64,000 nt of DNA from Octopus sinensis (GCF_006345805.1 NC_043013.1:33294001-33358000), one strand, 5' to 3'. Shown: positions 38,485 to 52,845, numbered from the stretch's first letter. The notes: generated from the letters alone by a model not told the origin. Translations and numbers: made by a program.

Positions 38485-40838
38485 GGCTCTGGAATGATAG
38501 AAGTCAGGTTCAATGCCGGCGAAATAGCATGTACATACGAACGTGATGACTCAGTAGGAATTTCAAACGTATCCAGTTCACTGATTTATCCTTTATGTAC
38601 CCATTCCGATGTATATTGCTAATGCCGGGTATGGTTATTAGTATTCCTCTAAATCTATTTTTGTGCGGGTCAGAAGTCTGAAGATGTGTGTCTATATAAG
38701 TTTACAATGTTAATGTAGCAATATTTTTTTTTCGTTTTGAAGTTTGTTCCATTTTGGTTAATTCTAATATTGATTCGTAGCATCGCTAAATGAGCACATA
38801 TTTTTTTTGTTTTGCGATGTTGTAATTAGTTGAGTATTAAATCGATTACTTAACTAATATGTTCTTTATACTCCCCTGATGTTTGAAGAGCACAAGTGAG
38901 ATTTCGTGAAAGTCTTAAAAGCTGAATGTGCAATTGCATCACAAGAAAGCAGCGTGAAACCTACTTAAGTTTGAAAGCAGAAGGTAAACAGACGTTACTA
39001 AATTCAAGGCATTTTATCTAACGTTATAACCATTCTCTCAACATATCATTGTACTATTTAGACGTCGCTCTATTCAGATGTTAGACATTAATCTAATTTT
39101 ATAATTATTCTATCAACATATCTTTGTACTGTATCCTACTATAATAAACTTATATCTTCACACTGCTATATAAAATAATTTTACTATTATTACAACTTAT
39201 TACTACATTATACCTTTATTACATCATTATTCTGTTATCTCATTCTAGTACAATGTAGTTTTACCAAAATATCCTTGTAATGTTATAATCGTTCTACTAT
39301 CAAATCACCTGAATTCTTAATCTCCTCTTCACATTTCGTTACTATAGTTAAGGATAAGTTTCCCCTATGAAAATTAATTTTCGACCCCGTTACATATAAA
39401 ATATAACATTTTATAAATGAATATGACAGATTTATAATAGCTAAAGTATTTTTAATTGGACCACATACGGTCGTATGAGTGAAGAAAGTATACTGAAAGA
39501 ATTTGAGCAATGAAATCATTCACAAATGAATGAGAACATAAAACTGAATGACTACTTCTCTCTTGCTTCTCATTCAGGACCCTATCAGATGGTTCAAGGT
39601 AAATGCGATACACAGATCTGCCTGGCGATATGAACGAATACTAAAGTCTGACTGAATTGACAAAAGGGAAACGAACCTCAATTCCCACAAGTATGTCATC
39701 GTAAATGGGATAGGGAGCACATATCTTGGTCAGAATATCTTAAAGCCTAAATCTACGTTTGAAGACCATGAGAGGTCCTTGGTGTGTTTAATAAAATAAA
39801 GTTATTTTTAAGAGTTTCTAAATTAATTTCATTCTGAAAAGCTATTATAATAAAACATATAGACTCGTCTCTTTCGAGCGCGCATGGACCCCAGTAGAGG
39901 TGCAGACGCATCTCATAAAACTTCTGTCAGGTACAAAATCAAAATTTACACCTCTCCTTACTTTTCTCAGCTTTAGAAAACTGCGTAAAATGTAATTTGT
40001 AAATAGTAGCTTGAAGTTTATTTTCTTCTCAAAGACCAAAGAACAAAAATAAATATAAAAAAACAACATTAAGACCTTGTTTGTAAAAAATGTTGAACCT
40101 GGATCTCCACCCCAAAGCAAATTTCTTCATGGAGCCAATACTAGTACACATAATAGGGAAATCACTGCTTTATATAACGTTGTGCTGTATATCATATCAC
40201 AGCATTTGAATGCTGTAAAATACAACTATTATACTGATAATAATCTCTAACAGAGACAAAACTACATGTTGGATTAAGCTTTTACTTAATACATTGATCC
40301 TTTACTTTATTATGCTGCCGAATACTGGATTATGTGATTGTTAGATAATCTTTGCCTGAAAGGTATAGAAATAGTCCTGTGTTAAACGTTTCTTACCGCA
40401 AAGTACCTGATCGCAACTAGTATCAGATATAGCCCACGAAATAGCGACCATATTATTTGTATGGTTACGTACGTTTATCGGCCCCAGGAATATAGAACAC
40501 AATGTCGACTTCACGAGTTTATAACTGAGAAAAGGAACTGAATAAAATTCGCAAGACATTTTTACCAGTGTTGCGGTTATCCTTGCGCTGTTGCTGTTGT
40601 TGTTGCTGCTGTTGCTGACGTCTTTGTTGTTGTTGCTGCTGTTGCTGACGTCTTTGTTGTTGTTGTTGTTGTTCTTCTTCTTCTTCTTCATCTTCTTCTT
40701 CTTCTTCTTCTTCTTCTTCTTCTTCTCCTTCTTCCTTTTCTTCTTCTTCTTCTTTTTCTTCTTCTTCTTCTTCTTCTCCTTCTTTTTCTTCCTCTTTTCA
40801 TTATTATTATTATTGTCATTATTGTTATTATTATCATT

Positions 40839-41498
40839 AGGGGCGCTACGGGTTCAAGGTAAATTCTGCAGGCACGGATATTTTGTCAGACCGTCTATCC
40901 CAGGTGTGCGCAGTGTGACGAAACCGTTCTGCATGAACTCGTTCAGTGTCCGGGCATTGCTGAATTGCGAGCTTTTGCCGGACAGCTGCTGTCATGCGTG
41001 GGATGGATCCGAATCTGTAGTGATGATTTCCCCGCCGCTCTTCTTCAATCGAGCAAGCAAATCAGTTTTCCTTTGCCAGTGGGGGAAAGAGGTTGTTTGG
41101 TGGACAGATAATTCCTTTTTGGTAGAGCCCTCATTGACTTCTTCAAGTTTCACTTGAAAAATAAATTGAAGTTGGAGAGGGAAGTACTGTCCTCGAGTGA
41201 AGATTTTGAAAGGTTGGTGAAAGTTGTGAAAATGGCAAGAGTGGTAGTACCTGTGAGTCAGAGGTGAGGAATCGGCAAGGATGCTAACTCTTGGTCCAGG
41301 AAAATCTCGGACAGTGTGGTTCCTCGATTATCACTAGGGTTCATCCTGTATCAGGAGGGCTACATTTTTCTTCCGTATATACTTTCCTTTTTTTGTTATT
41401 TAATTATTTTATCATTTCTTTATATGTAGATCTCAAAACTTTATGTCTGTCTTTGTATTGTACACCTCATCCTTCGCCCTGTTGGCAACTAAATGAAA
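40839..41498 (+). mobile_element. Second, decayed Tx1/L1-clade 3' fragment related to 3415-4513
   Basis: GALRVQGKFCRHG, CPxCAQCDETVLH-like sequence and LIDFFKFHLK. The 3' end GCCCTGTTGGCAACTAAATGAAA matches GCCCTGTGTGGCCAATAAAGAAA of copy 1. Confidence 0.8.
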
Positions 41499-41499
41499 T

Positions 41500-41718
<219 letters not shown>

Positions 41719-41724
41719 CTTAAG

Positions 41725-41905
41725 GGTGCGCGCCGGCAGAATTGTTAGATAGGTGGATTTCGCCCGTCGCTACGTTCTGAGTTCAAATTTCACCGAGGTC
41801 GACTTTGCCTTTTATCCTTTCGGACTCAATAGAATAAGTACCAGCTGAATGCTGGGGTAGATGTAATTGACTCATCCCCTCCCCCAAAATGGCTGCCTTT
41901 GTGAC
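41725..41905 (+). mobile_element. SINE family B
   Basis: GTTCTGAGTTCAAATTTCACCGAGGTCGACTTTGCC core. Confidence 0.8.
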
Positions 41906-41968
41906 ACAATTTGAAACTATTATTATTTATGTTGTTGTTGTTGCTATTATTATTATTATTGTTATTGT

Positions 41969-42295
41969 TATGGCGTGTGGCCAAGGGGTTAAGATATTCG
42001 GCACATAGATATCTCAACAGTGATTTCGATACCTGCCGGAAAGTTCTGTCCTTCAGCAAGAAACTTTATTTTCACGTTGCTCCAGTCCAGTCAAATGGCA
42101 AGAATGCGCTGTACATGAGTTTGAAAGGGCCGGCTTTGTCACGTTCTGTGTCATGCTGATTCGCCCTGGGGAACTTCGTTAAGGGTAAGCGTGACTCTGG
42201 AGTGATCACCCACATGTTCGATAATTTCACGAGCAGATTGTTCCGTTGAACAAATGAACTAGAACACTCGTCGTCGTAACCAACGAGGTACCAGT
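41969..42295 (+). mobile_element. Diverged tRNA-SINE (family D central block plus shared 3' module)
   Basis: CAAGAAACTTTATTTTCACGTTGCTCCAG and AATTTCACGAGCAG...GTCGTCGTAACC. Confidence 0.75.
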
Positions 42296-42546
42296 TATTC
42301 CACATATATGTCACTAGGATATCAGCTAAGGAAGACGTTACAAGGAAAGTATATGTTTTTTTTAATAGCACCCTGAGGGGATAAATAGGAGGCAAGATCC
42401 ATGAGATAAAATTTATAAGTGTGTAAGATATGAGAACGTATAGAATAATGCACTCATCCACATAGAAGAGAGCCTCCAAGGATCCTAATCAAGGAATCCC
42501 AGATATAACGGACGAAATGCCGTTAAGCATTTTGTCCGGAGGAGTA

Positions 42547-42762
42547 CTCTTTTACTCGTTTCAGTCCTTTGACTACCGCCATGCTCGAGCACCACCTTTA
42601 GTCGAGCAAATCGACCCCAGGACTTATTCTTTGTAAGCCTAGTACTTATTCTATCGGTCTCTTTTGCTGAACCGCTAAGTTACGGGGACGTAAACACACC
42701 AGCTCGGTTGTCAAGCGATGTTAGGGGGACAAACACAGACTCACAAACATACAAACACACAC

Positions 42763-42822
<60 letters not shown>

Positions 42823-42998
42823 ATATACATATATACTAGGGGCTTCTTTGAGTTTCCGTCTACCAAATCCAATCACAAGACCTTGGTCGGCCCGAGGCTA
42901 TAGTAGAAGAGACTTGCCCAAGGTGCCACGCAATGGGACTGAACCCGGAGACATGTAGTTTGTAAGCAAGCTACCTATCACACAGCCACTCCTATGCC
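42547..42998 (-). mobile_element. SINE family A, full length
   Basis: Same modules as the 6298 copy. Confidence 0.92.
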
Positions 42999-43004
42999 TA
43001 TGAG

Positions 43005-43635
43005 TGCTAACTATTATTCCAGCTCACCGACTTTTAATCAGATAATTATTATAGGGGGAGGGGGTAAGTCTATTACATTGACACCAGTATTCAACTGGTA
43101 CTTATTTTATCGACTCTGAAAGACTGAAAGGCAAAGACGATCACAGAGCAATCTGAAATCAGGGCGCATAGATGTACAATATGACACTAAGCATTTTTTC
43201 CGGCGTGTTAATAGATATTCTTTTATTCTCAAGGTACATGGCTCGAAATTTTGGAGGATGGAACCAGTCGATTAGATTGAATCCAGCATGCAACTGATAT
43301 ACTTAATTTCCTCGGTGGAATTTGAACTCAGAACGTAACGACAGACGAAATACCGCTAAGCATTTCGCCCGGCGTGCTAAAGTTTCTGCCAGCTCGCCAC
43401 CTTAAGATAGTTTAATATCCCTTTCTAGGCACTAGGCACAAGGCCCGAAATTTTGAGGGAGAGGGCCAGTTCGTTAGATCGACACCAGTATGCAACTGGT
43501 ACTTAATTTATCGACCCCGAAATGATGAAAAGCAAAGTCGACCTCGGCGGAATTTGAATTTAGAACATAAAGACAGACGAAATATCACTAAGCATTTCAC
43601 CCGGCATGCTAACGTTTTGCCAGCTCACCACTTAC
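43005..43635 (-). mobile_element. Three adjacent SINE family B copies of differing age
   Basis: Family B blocks at ~43005-43210, 43215-43400 and 43420-43635. Confidence 0.85.
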
Positions 43636-45125
43636 CTCTTGTAGATATTGCATGTGTGTTATATAGATTACTTTCAGTACAATACGAACAGAGAAATACT
43701 GCACAACCGTGCAGCACACAGTTGTGCAGAAGAACCATTTAATAAAAGCAGGACTATTGGTAAAATAATACTAATGCAGTGATAACGAAGATGATGTTGA
43801 CCATGAAGATGATGGTTGTGGTGGTGGTAGTGATAGCAGCGGTGGTTATGAGAATGACGATGAAGAGGTAATTAGAATGCATGTAATTGTGATGTCAATG
43901 ATGATGTTTCGATGATTCATCATCATCATTTTTCTATGTAATCATCATCACCATCATTATCATCATCTTGGTTTTTACCAGCATCATAATTCTTCTACTC
44001 CCCCAACTCTTTCTCCACTTCCTCCATCTCTCACTCTTCCTCATCGTAGTCATCATGATCATCATGATCATGATCCTCCTCCTCCTCCTCCTCCTCATCA
44101 TCATCATCATCATCATTATCATTAATAACAGAAATCATTTGAAGTGCCGAAACACGAATTTATCAGCTCGAGAGAATTTCGTTATGAAATTTAATAAGAA
44201 GCTAAACAAAAACAAAAACACCACCGCTACCACCACCACCACAACCAGCACCAGCACCACCACCATAACCATAACTACCAACACTACCGCAGGCGCCACG
44301 GCCGCCGACGCCGCCGCCACCATCGTCATCAGCACCATGAAAAACAACAACAACAGCAGCAATAAAAACGCAGCAACAACAATAAAAATAGGAAAGCATT
44401 AGCAACAACAACAACAACAACAGCAATAACAACTTTAGTAACCACCACTGTAGCATCATCAACAACAAAACTTCTCCAATGCGAGATAATGCAACAAAAA
44501 TTATTGATAGAAGTATAATAAAGATAAAAATTGCAGTGGTTTAATTAAAAATCGCTATGAAATATTCCTAGATGAATTCAATGAGACAACAATATAATTA
44601 ATGTCGGAAACCAATTATATATCAATATAATCGCATTCATATTCATTTTAATATATATCTCAGCTGGTCTATCAAGCCAGCTATATTATCTTTGTTTTGC
44701 CTATCTTTCAATTTGCCGCATGTGTCTATATATTTGTGTGTCTGTCTATCCGTCTGTCTGTCTATCAGTCTATCAGTCTATCTATCTATCTATCTATCTG
44801 TCTGTCTATCTATCTGTGGATATCTGCGTATGTATACAGGCTCAATTATATACATATACATATATGTCTATATACACATAGATATATGTATTTATATATG
44901 TATATAACTATATATATATATTATATATATATATACATATATATATATATCTATATATATATATATATATACATCTATATATATATCTATATACACATAC
45001 ATATATATACATATATGTATGTGTATGTATATATATATGAATATATATATATAAATATATATACATATATATATATATGTATATGTATATGTATAAATGT
45101 ATATAAGTATATATATACTTATATA

Positions 45126-45159
<34 letters not shown>

Positions 45160-45485
45160 CATATACGTGTATACTTACACACACACCTTTATCCACAAAC
45201 ACACACACACATTCACAGGATGAAACAAAGTATTTATGTATATACGTTTCCCCTTTGCATGTAGGGTGTATATAATCATATATACCACGCAAGTATAAAC
45301 ACACAGATAAATGTATAACTTTCCAAGAACGCCTATGTGTGTGAGTATATGTAAGATACATATGCATACCTACATACTCACACACCTAGAGATATCTATA
45401 TATATATATATACATATGCATAAAATTATAATACATATTTATATGAGTAATTCTATATATTTACATATAGATACACAAATATATA

Positions 45486-45557
<72 letters not shown>

Positions 45558-46318
45558 ATAAATGTGTACATATATGGATATATATCGTTCTACGTATACG
45601 AATACGAGTGTATGTATTAACCCACACGCGAGCACACCCAAGCACGTACACACATACACATAGATTTGTATGTATATATTTATACATATTGCTGTTTTTT
45701 AACTGCAAAGGGGAAGATTATGAAAATAAATAATGCATAAGCCAGAATTTATTAATATATTTTATTAAAATGAAAATTCGGCGAGTTCGCAAGTTTTCCA
45801 GTCTTTAATGGTTCCAGTGTTTATACGTGATATTAAAATGCATATATTCCTTGATGGACAGACACTTCTTTACCTTTTCATTCGCCATCCCATTGGTGAA
45901 TCCACTTCCATTGTTCATTCCATTTACATCGTTCACACCATCAATGTGGCAGATTATATAGACTATCATGGAGAACAGGTATGAGTTTTGGTTGTTACTA
46001 TAATCACGATACACTGCTGAAATTTACTATGTCGACATTTAAAACTAATCTTTTAAAAATAATTATATTTTGTCGCCCACAACAGAAAAAAAGGACTCTA
46101 TTCATGAGCAACGGTATTGTATATTTCTACTGTGTTTAATAGGAAATCTCCAGACCTATGTACATATGGTGACACTATTTTTGCCCAGAATATATTCAAA
46201 TTAGATTATTCTATACTTTTTTAAAAATCCGAAACAATTCAATAAAATAACTACAATTCTTTTATAAATATCGAAGAAAGAAATCAGGTACTCGCTGAGT
46301 GTATAATTTATTTATATA

Positions 46319-46492
46319 GGCACATGCATGGCTTTGTGGAAAGAAACATGCTTCCCAACCACATGATTTCGGGCTCAGTCCCACTGCGTGGCACTTTGGG
46401 CAAGTGACTTCTGCTATATCCTCAGGCCGACCAAAGTGGCTCTGTTTCCGTGGCTCTGTTAGACGGAAACTAAGAGAAGCCCATCATATATA

Positions 46493-46527
<35 letters not shown>

Positions 46528-46591
46528 TACATACATTCATACATACATACATTCATACATACATTCATACATACATACATACATACATACA

Positions 46592-46652
<61 letters not shown>

Positions 46653-47040
46653 GGTAAACCTAGGTCTGGCTGTAAAATATGGAAAAAGTTTTTATTTTTA
46701 TTCCCTTTGAAATTGCTCTTTACTGTGATTTTGGACATTTTGACTGCTCCTTCTATCATGTAAATCGGCCTGTTAAGGGTCACCTCATTTTGTGTTTAAA
46801 TGTACACTAATTTTATATATATATGTATGTATGTGTGTCTCTGTTTGTTCCTCGCCAACATCACTTGACAACCGATGCTGGTGTGATTACGTCCCCGTAA
46901 CTTAGCTGTTCGGCAAAATTGACCGATAGAATAAGTACTAAGCGTACAAAGAATAAGTCCTGGGATCGATTTACTCGACTAAAGGCGTTGCCCCAGCATG
47001 GCCGCAGTCAAATTACTGAAACAATTAAATAGAATAAAAA
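46319..47040 (+). mobile_element. SINE family A with a ~165-bp insertion inside its internal microsatellite
   Basis: 5' half 46319-46485, foreign segment ~46652-46815, 3' half resumes at ~46830. Confidence 0.85.
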
Positions 47041-47856
47041 GAATGAAAAGAATACTGGTGTCCTTATATAATTTTGCAGTACAAAAGCCTATTTCTTTCT
47101 GTTGGATTTGAAACAAATACAACTTCAGTGAAGTGATTTTAATCGATATATTTACAACTGTTTAGGCAGTATATTGTGGTTAACTTGGTATTTAGTTATC
47201 AATAGTCTCGATGATATACTTTAGCTTCATATGCAAATGTATCTGATCCTGGTGTTATTCTTGTTAAAGAGCATACGGTATCTATACTAAGAAAGATTTT
47301 GCCATAGCTGACTTTACATTGAAGCCGAAGAGTGGTTTGCATCAGATTATTTTTCCCTCTCGCAATTCTAATGAATTTTAGGCTAATTCGCTTAATATTA
47401 CGCGTACACTAATTTTTCTTTAAAAAGCACTCGTTTTTCTGATTAGATTATCATCGGCAAATGTATCTCTACGACTACAATGAGTGGTCGTGTTTAAATT
47501 CCTAAAAGAAAAACATAATATTATAAATATATTATACCACAAACAGTTTAATTGCGTCAAGAAACTTCGGCTGCAACTTGTTAGAAAATAGGATATCATT
47601 GCGCAACAATTATGATTATTCAAAGAGCCAAGTGAGACCATTAGGCATTGAAAGCGAAGCCAATCATATTGAAATAGGCTTGATTCAAGTTTCAGAGAAG
47701 GTAACAAATCTCATGATAGTTTTAGTAAAGTTGATTGCATTTGCATACTCTTTTGCTTTTTTACACGTCTCAGTAATTTGACTTCGGCCATGCTGGAGCA
47801 CCGTCTTTAGTTGAAGAAATAGACCCCAGGACTTATTCTTTGTATTATATATATAT

Positions 47857-48097
47857 ACATAAATACAGTGTACATTTAAACGCATAAGAGTCATCCATCA
47901 TAAGTATTCCTTGCGCGCTAGAGAGAACAGCTAAATTCCAAACCAGTAATAGGGATAAAATTTCGAAGGGAATGAAAAATAGAAACATTCGAAATGTTAT
48001 CCCTAATAGTGGTTTGGAATTTAACTGTTCTCTCTAGCGTTCAAGGAATCCTATAATGTATGCCTCTTATGTGCTTAAATGTACACTATATTTATGT
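47857..48097. repeat. MITE-like hairpin, ~110-bp arms and 20-bp spacer
   Basis: 47857-47967 is the reverse complement of 47988-48097 with scattered mismatches. It separates family A 3' (47748-47842) and 5' (48356-48515) minus-strand halves. Confidence 0.88.
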
Positions 48098-48225
48098 GAA
48101 TAATATATTTATGTGAATAATAATATTGACTAAATTTTGACAGCTAGGCCACTGGTAATGGAAATTTCTAAGATTCCTGATTACCCTTTGATATTATTAA
48201 TTATATATATATATATATTATATAT

Positions 48226-48285
<60 letters not shown>

Positions 48286-48779
48286 TACATACATTCATAC
48301 ATACATACATACATGCATACATATATATATATGTATGTGTGTGTGTGTGTATACGCGACGAGCTTCTTTTAATTTCCGTCTACCAAATCCATTCACAAAA
48401 CTTTGGTCGGCCTAAGGCTATAGTAGAGGACACTTGCCCAAAATACCATCCAATGGGAGTGAACCCAAAACTATGTGCTTGGAAAGCAAGCTCTTCACCA
48501 CACAGCCGCGCCTGCATTTCTTCATAATTTAGGTGTTTGTGTTGCGACATTTTTGACTTCTTTTCTTTTCTATGTTTCAATCAAAACACTGTGATACCAC
48601 TCGTTAAAATGACTGTTCCGCAATGTAACTTTCCGTTTTGTAGAGCGAAAAGCAGCCAGACGGAAGAAATATCTTCATTTATATAGAAAATCAAAAATCA
48701 AATCACAGATGGCAAAAAGAGAAAGGGATACGCAATCCAGCAAGAGAAGTATCGAAAATAACCGTTAAAAGGTATGGAT

Positions 48780-49075
48780 GTATTAGCGCCCACGGACAAG
48801 CTGCATGGCATGGTCACACTCACTAATACAAGCAACCGCAAAGATGAGAGCACACTGGTTACTGAACCTTGGCTGCATTTTGCTATTGTTTATGCGATGC
48901 ATAAGCTGCTCTAAATTAGCAGAGCTGGCGTAGGATACCTTCACGGTGTGTCGATTAAAAATAGCATGATAGCGATTAGATTTAGGAGAATACCTGTCCA
49001 AAGAAGCAAAAATTTTCGAGCTATCTTGGTTGAAACATTCAAAGCGAAAATCAGGTTCAACTAAAGGGCACCTTG
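48780..49075 (-). mobile_element. Penelope-like element fragment (linker region, different clade from 30895)
   Basis: NVSTKIARK-like followed by DRYSPKSNRYHAIFNRHTVKVSYASSANLEQLMHRIN, matching the W-FNPP...LDKHFP...KIFNR.T.K.SYS..N pattern. Confidence 0.8.
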
Positions 49076-49532
49076 CTTCCTATATCTTTTGTTAAGCTTA
49101 TTTGAATGAATGTGTTGCACAGGATTAGAACAAACAATTGAATTATTACGTTGCGTGTGTCAATGAGTTTTCGTTGGTAGTTCTTTGATATGACCAATTC
49201 ACTCTGGCCTGTATTCTTTATTTGAGTGGGTTCTCAAACGGTAACGTTGTGGTGGTATACAACGTGCATCGCAGTTGGAGTAATTACCAGTGTTGTGTAT
49301 GTCTGCTTCTTGTTTATATTGGATTTTTTCACGGTTCTCAGCCCTAGCTAAATCAGCATTATAATAAGATGCATTAGATTCGAAAATTTTACTTAACTAG
49401 TCCCCGTATAATTGAGGGTAGATGGTTGGATGCTACGTTAATGCCATTAATATCATCATTTGGCTTATGAAAAGATTTAAATAATCCAATGTATATGTTT
49501 GTATGTATGTATGTATATATGTATTTAATTAT

Positions 49533-49743
49533 GTGTGTGTTTGTGTCTGTGTTTGTCCCCCACCACCATTGCTTAACAACCAATGAAGGTGTATTCTCGT
49601 CCCTGTAACTTAGCTGTTCAGCAAAAGAGACCAATCGAATAAGCACCAGGCTTACGAGGAATAAGTCCAGGGGTCAATTTCTTCAACTAAAGGGTGGTGC
49701 ACCTGCATGGCCACCGTCAAATGACTGAAACAAGTAAAAGAAT
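49533..49743 (+). mobile_element. SINE family A, 3' half
   Basis: 3' modules ending GACTGAAACAAGTAAAAG. Confidence 0.85.
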
Positions 49744-49924
49744 ACTAGAAAAACGTTCCGTACCACTAAACTAAGTGGGTTCTCTGAATATGTACGATGT
49801 ATTTGAAGGCTAAATAGCAATCCTATTTACATTTCCGAAACGGAGATATTTTGGTTGGATAATATAGTTATTGGTTTTGCACTGCTTTCTATATTCTGTA
49901 ACTGTCGCAATATACTTTTATATT

Positions 49925-50125
49925 ATAGGCACAAGTCCTGAAATTTTTGGTGGGAGAGGGCCAGTCGATTAGATCGACCCCAGTACGCAACTGGTATTTA
50001 ATTTATCGACCCCGAAAGGAGGAAAAGCCAAGTCGCCCTCGGCAGAATTTGAACTCAGAACGTAAAGACATACCGCTAAGCATGTCGCCCGGTGTGTTAA
50101 CTATTCTGCCAGCTCGCTGCCTTTA
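49925..50125 (-). mobile_element. SINE family B (tail type 2)
   Basis: Family B blocks. Confidence 0.87.
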
Positions 50126-50244
50126 ACTGTCACAATATAGAAACATTTTTCATGGCACCAGCACACAATTAACATATGCTTACATTTTTTATATTTTCCG
50201 TGAATTTTTCACGGATCCATCTAGTCCATATAAATATATTTGGG

Positions 50245-50373
50245 TCTCTTTCAGTTTCCATCTACCAAATCCACTAACAAGGCTTTGGTCGGCCCGGGGC
50301 TATAGAAGGAGACACGTGACCAAGGTGCCACGGAGTGGGATTGAACACGGAACCAGACATCCACGCATGTGCC
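50245..50373 (-). mobile_element. SINE family A, 5' fragment
   Basis: CTACCAAATCCACT...GGTCGGCCCGGGGCTATAG. Confidence 0.8.
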
Positions 50374-51219
50374 ATTTTATTGATATTATATAGTTATCAG
50401 TTATCATATATAACACGAAACTTGAGAAGTAAAGGCGTTCAAACAACTTGCATACCGATATCTTTAAATTACGATATATGCTATAAGAATAAAATTTTTC
50501 GATATATCAAGATATTGAACAATTATAAAATATTTTCTAGATGTCTGAATGTAGTAAAACAATGCGGTAAATGAGATAGAAATACTCGATCGACAATCTA
50601 TATATACACTAAACTAAAACAATCCCTATTGTTTCCCATGCTGTAATGTATATAAATTATTTTTTTATTCACGAACGTTAAACAAAATTAAACAAAAGAT
50701 TTTAAATGCTAATGAATGCGTTTAGCATCATGAAAGACAAAATACATGTGTGTTCGATCTTTCATTGTCATGTACCCCTATAGTTTATATACAAGTTTGT
50801 TGCACAATACTTTGCGTACGAATAAAAAATTTAATTCCTTATCAGAAAGTCCATAGGCAGAAAAATATACATTTTATATATTTTTTTAAGCATTCGCTCG
50901 TTACAAGGTCTTTAGACCACTAAAAACGTAAGAGCTACTAGACAGAAATCAATAGGTGACGATGTATATTAGAAACAAAGGACGGGTTCATATTGAACAG
51001 GGAAAGAAGACCGTGGAAGGGAATTCGAAATCTCAGATTTGCGACGGAAGAAACACAAGATATAATATATAACAGTAACATTATTTGGAACTTTAAAGCA
51101 TGTTTTATATTTAGCGAAGAGAAAAGAGTGAGATATTTGTTACATATGCTATCAAAATAAAGACCGATAGGAAGAAAGAGCTTCGTTTGTGAGATCAAAG
51201 TTATACATAATTTTTTCTA

Positions 51220-51430
51220 CTCTAGGCACAAGGCTTGAAAGTTTGGGGGAGGGAGCAAGTCGATTAGATCGACCCCAGTACGCAACTGGTACTTAATTTA
51301 TCGCCCTCCCCCAAAGGATGAAAGGCAAAGTCAACCTCGGTGGAATTAGAACTCAGAATGTAAAGACAGACGAAATTTCGCTAAGCAATTCGCCCTGCGT
51401 GCTAACGTTTCTGCCAACTCATTGCCTTAT
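51220..51430 (-). mobile_element. SINE family B (tail type 2)
   Basis: Family B blocks. Confidence 0.87.
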
Positions 51431-51989
51431 AAAGAACTTCAAGTACAGGTAATTGAACACTATTACCGAACTAGAGTGATTATTTTTATTTTTGGTTGAA
51501 TGGGTCCCAGGCACTCGGTAGCAAAATTCTCCTGAATTATAGAGCACATTCATGCTTAATAATATATATACACGTACGTACATACATATGCATAGGTACA
51601 TATATACATGTATACTTACATACATGTGCATACATGCACGCAAGCACTCTCACACATGCATATAAAATATGGGGTATGCGATGGTCACTTTGTAGAATCA
51701 TTACAGCACCACACATAAATGTCTTGCGGTTATTTATGTATTAAGTTCTCATACAGCCGAGTTTAACTTAATCTTTCCTCATTTGGGGTCGATAAATAAA
51801 TTACAAAATTGGGGAATTATTATTTGTTAGATCATCCATTGCAGAGCCTTGTTCTATCTCTTACATCTCTCTGAGTCCAGTCATAAACGTTTGCAACAAT
51901 AATTTTGCAAAGCTGTAATGGCTATGCATCCCTCTTGAACAAATCCAGATTCTCATATATGACAACCTTCAGTGCGTAGAGGGACGACA

Positions 51990-52290
51990 AATCTTCCTCA
52001 AAGATAAACCTTCCATCAAAATACGCATTGCGATGAAAATTCCTATGTGCAGATAGTCATACATATCAAACGACAAATACTGCTGTCGTCTGTTTTGTAT
52101 CGATATGTCTAGCATTCATCATGGGACATGGCTTTATATCAATTCCAAAGCAAACGGAAATTATATGCATTTAGAGGCACAGGGAATAGAAAGCGGGAGC
52201 TTAAAACATTATTAGTGTTAAAATGGGAGAAAATCAGACAGCTTGCCCAGTCATTGAGAGGAAATTACGAAACTCAAGAGAAACCTTAGT
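51990..52290 (+). mobile_element. Degenerate RTE LINE 3' coding remnant
   Basis: FHQ...SYISND...MGH..IPKQ in order across frameshifts (cf. RFHQ..LR.IL.I.W...ISN...W.GHV.RM...IPKQ). Confidence 0.5.
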
Positions 52291-52805
52291 TAAATGATAG
52301 CTTCTATGAACTGGTGTCGGAGGCACCATGTATCATTCTAAATCTTTCTTTGAGAACGTAATGCTTGTGGATTTTCTAATATAAAGCCCTAAACAGACAG
52401 TTATATCTCTTGTTGTCGCTTTAATGTAAAAACAAAAACAAAAACAAATCAACATCAGTTTATACGAATGCGAGAAGCCGCAAAACAGTTATAATTTTCG
52501 CGAAAATCATTAATAATAAAATCATTAGATTATTAATGGAAAAGATAATTAGCAAGAAGATGAATTCATATTAAAATATGGAAATATTATGAGGTGACGA
52601 AAGAAAATATTTAGGAGAGAAATGATGTGGAGAAAAAAAAAAGGAAAAAATGTTTAATTTAAAATATTTGCATTGCAATTTAACACGCACTCACAGAGAT
52701 GAACACAATTGCAGACACACACTTGCCTGCACACATACATACACACCCACAAACACACACATACACACGCACACACATATATATGTATATATATGTATAT
52801 GTAAA

Positions 52806-52845
<40 letters not shown>

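Noticed and set aside
38539-38579. Decayed hammerhead GAAC-GTGATGA...CAAACGTATC-CAGTTC
   Set aside because: Both core segments are mutated. It is plausibly a dead copy (ACGCGTC after CpG decay) but cannot be supported without a family consensus.
39578-39598. 21-nt plus-strand microexon (also 61562-61582)
   Set aside because: Splice-like signals alone are common in AT-rich DNA, and no partner exons were identified.
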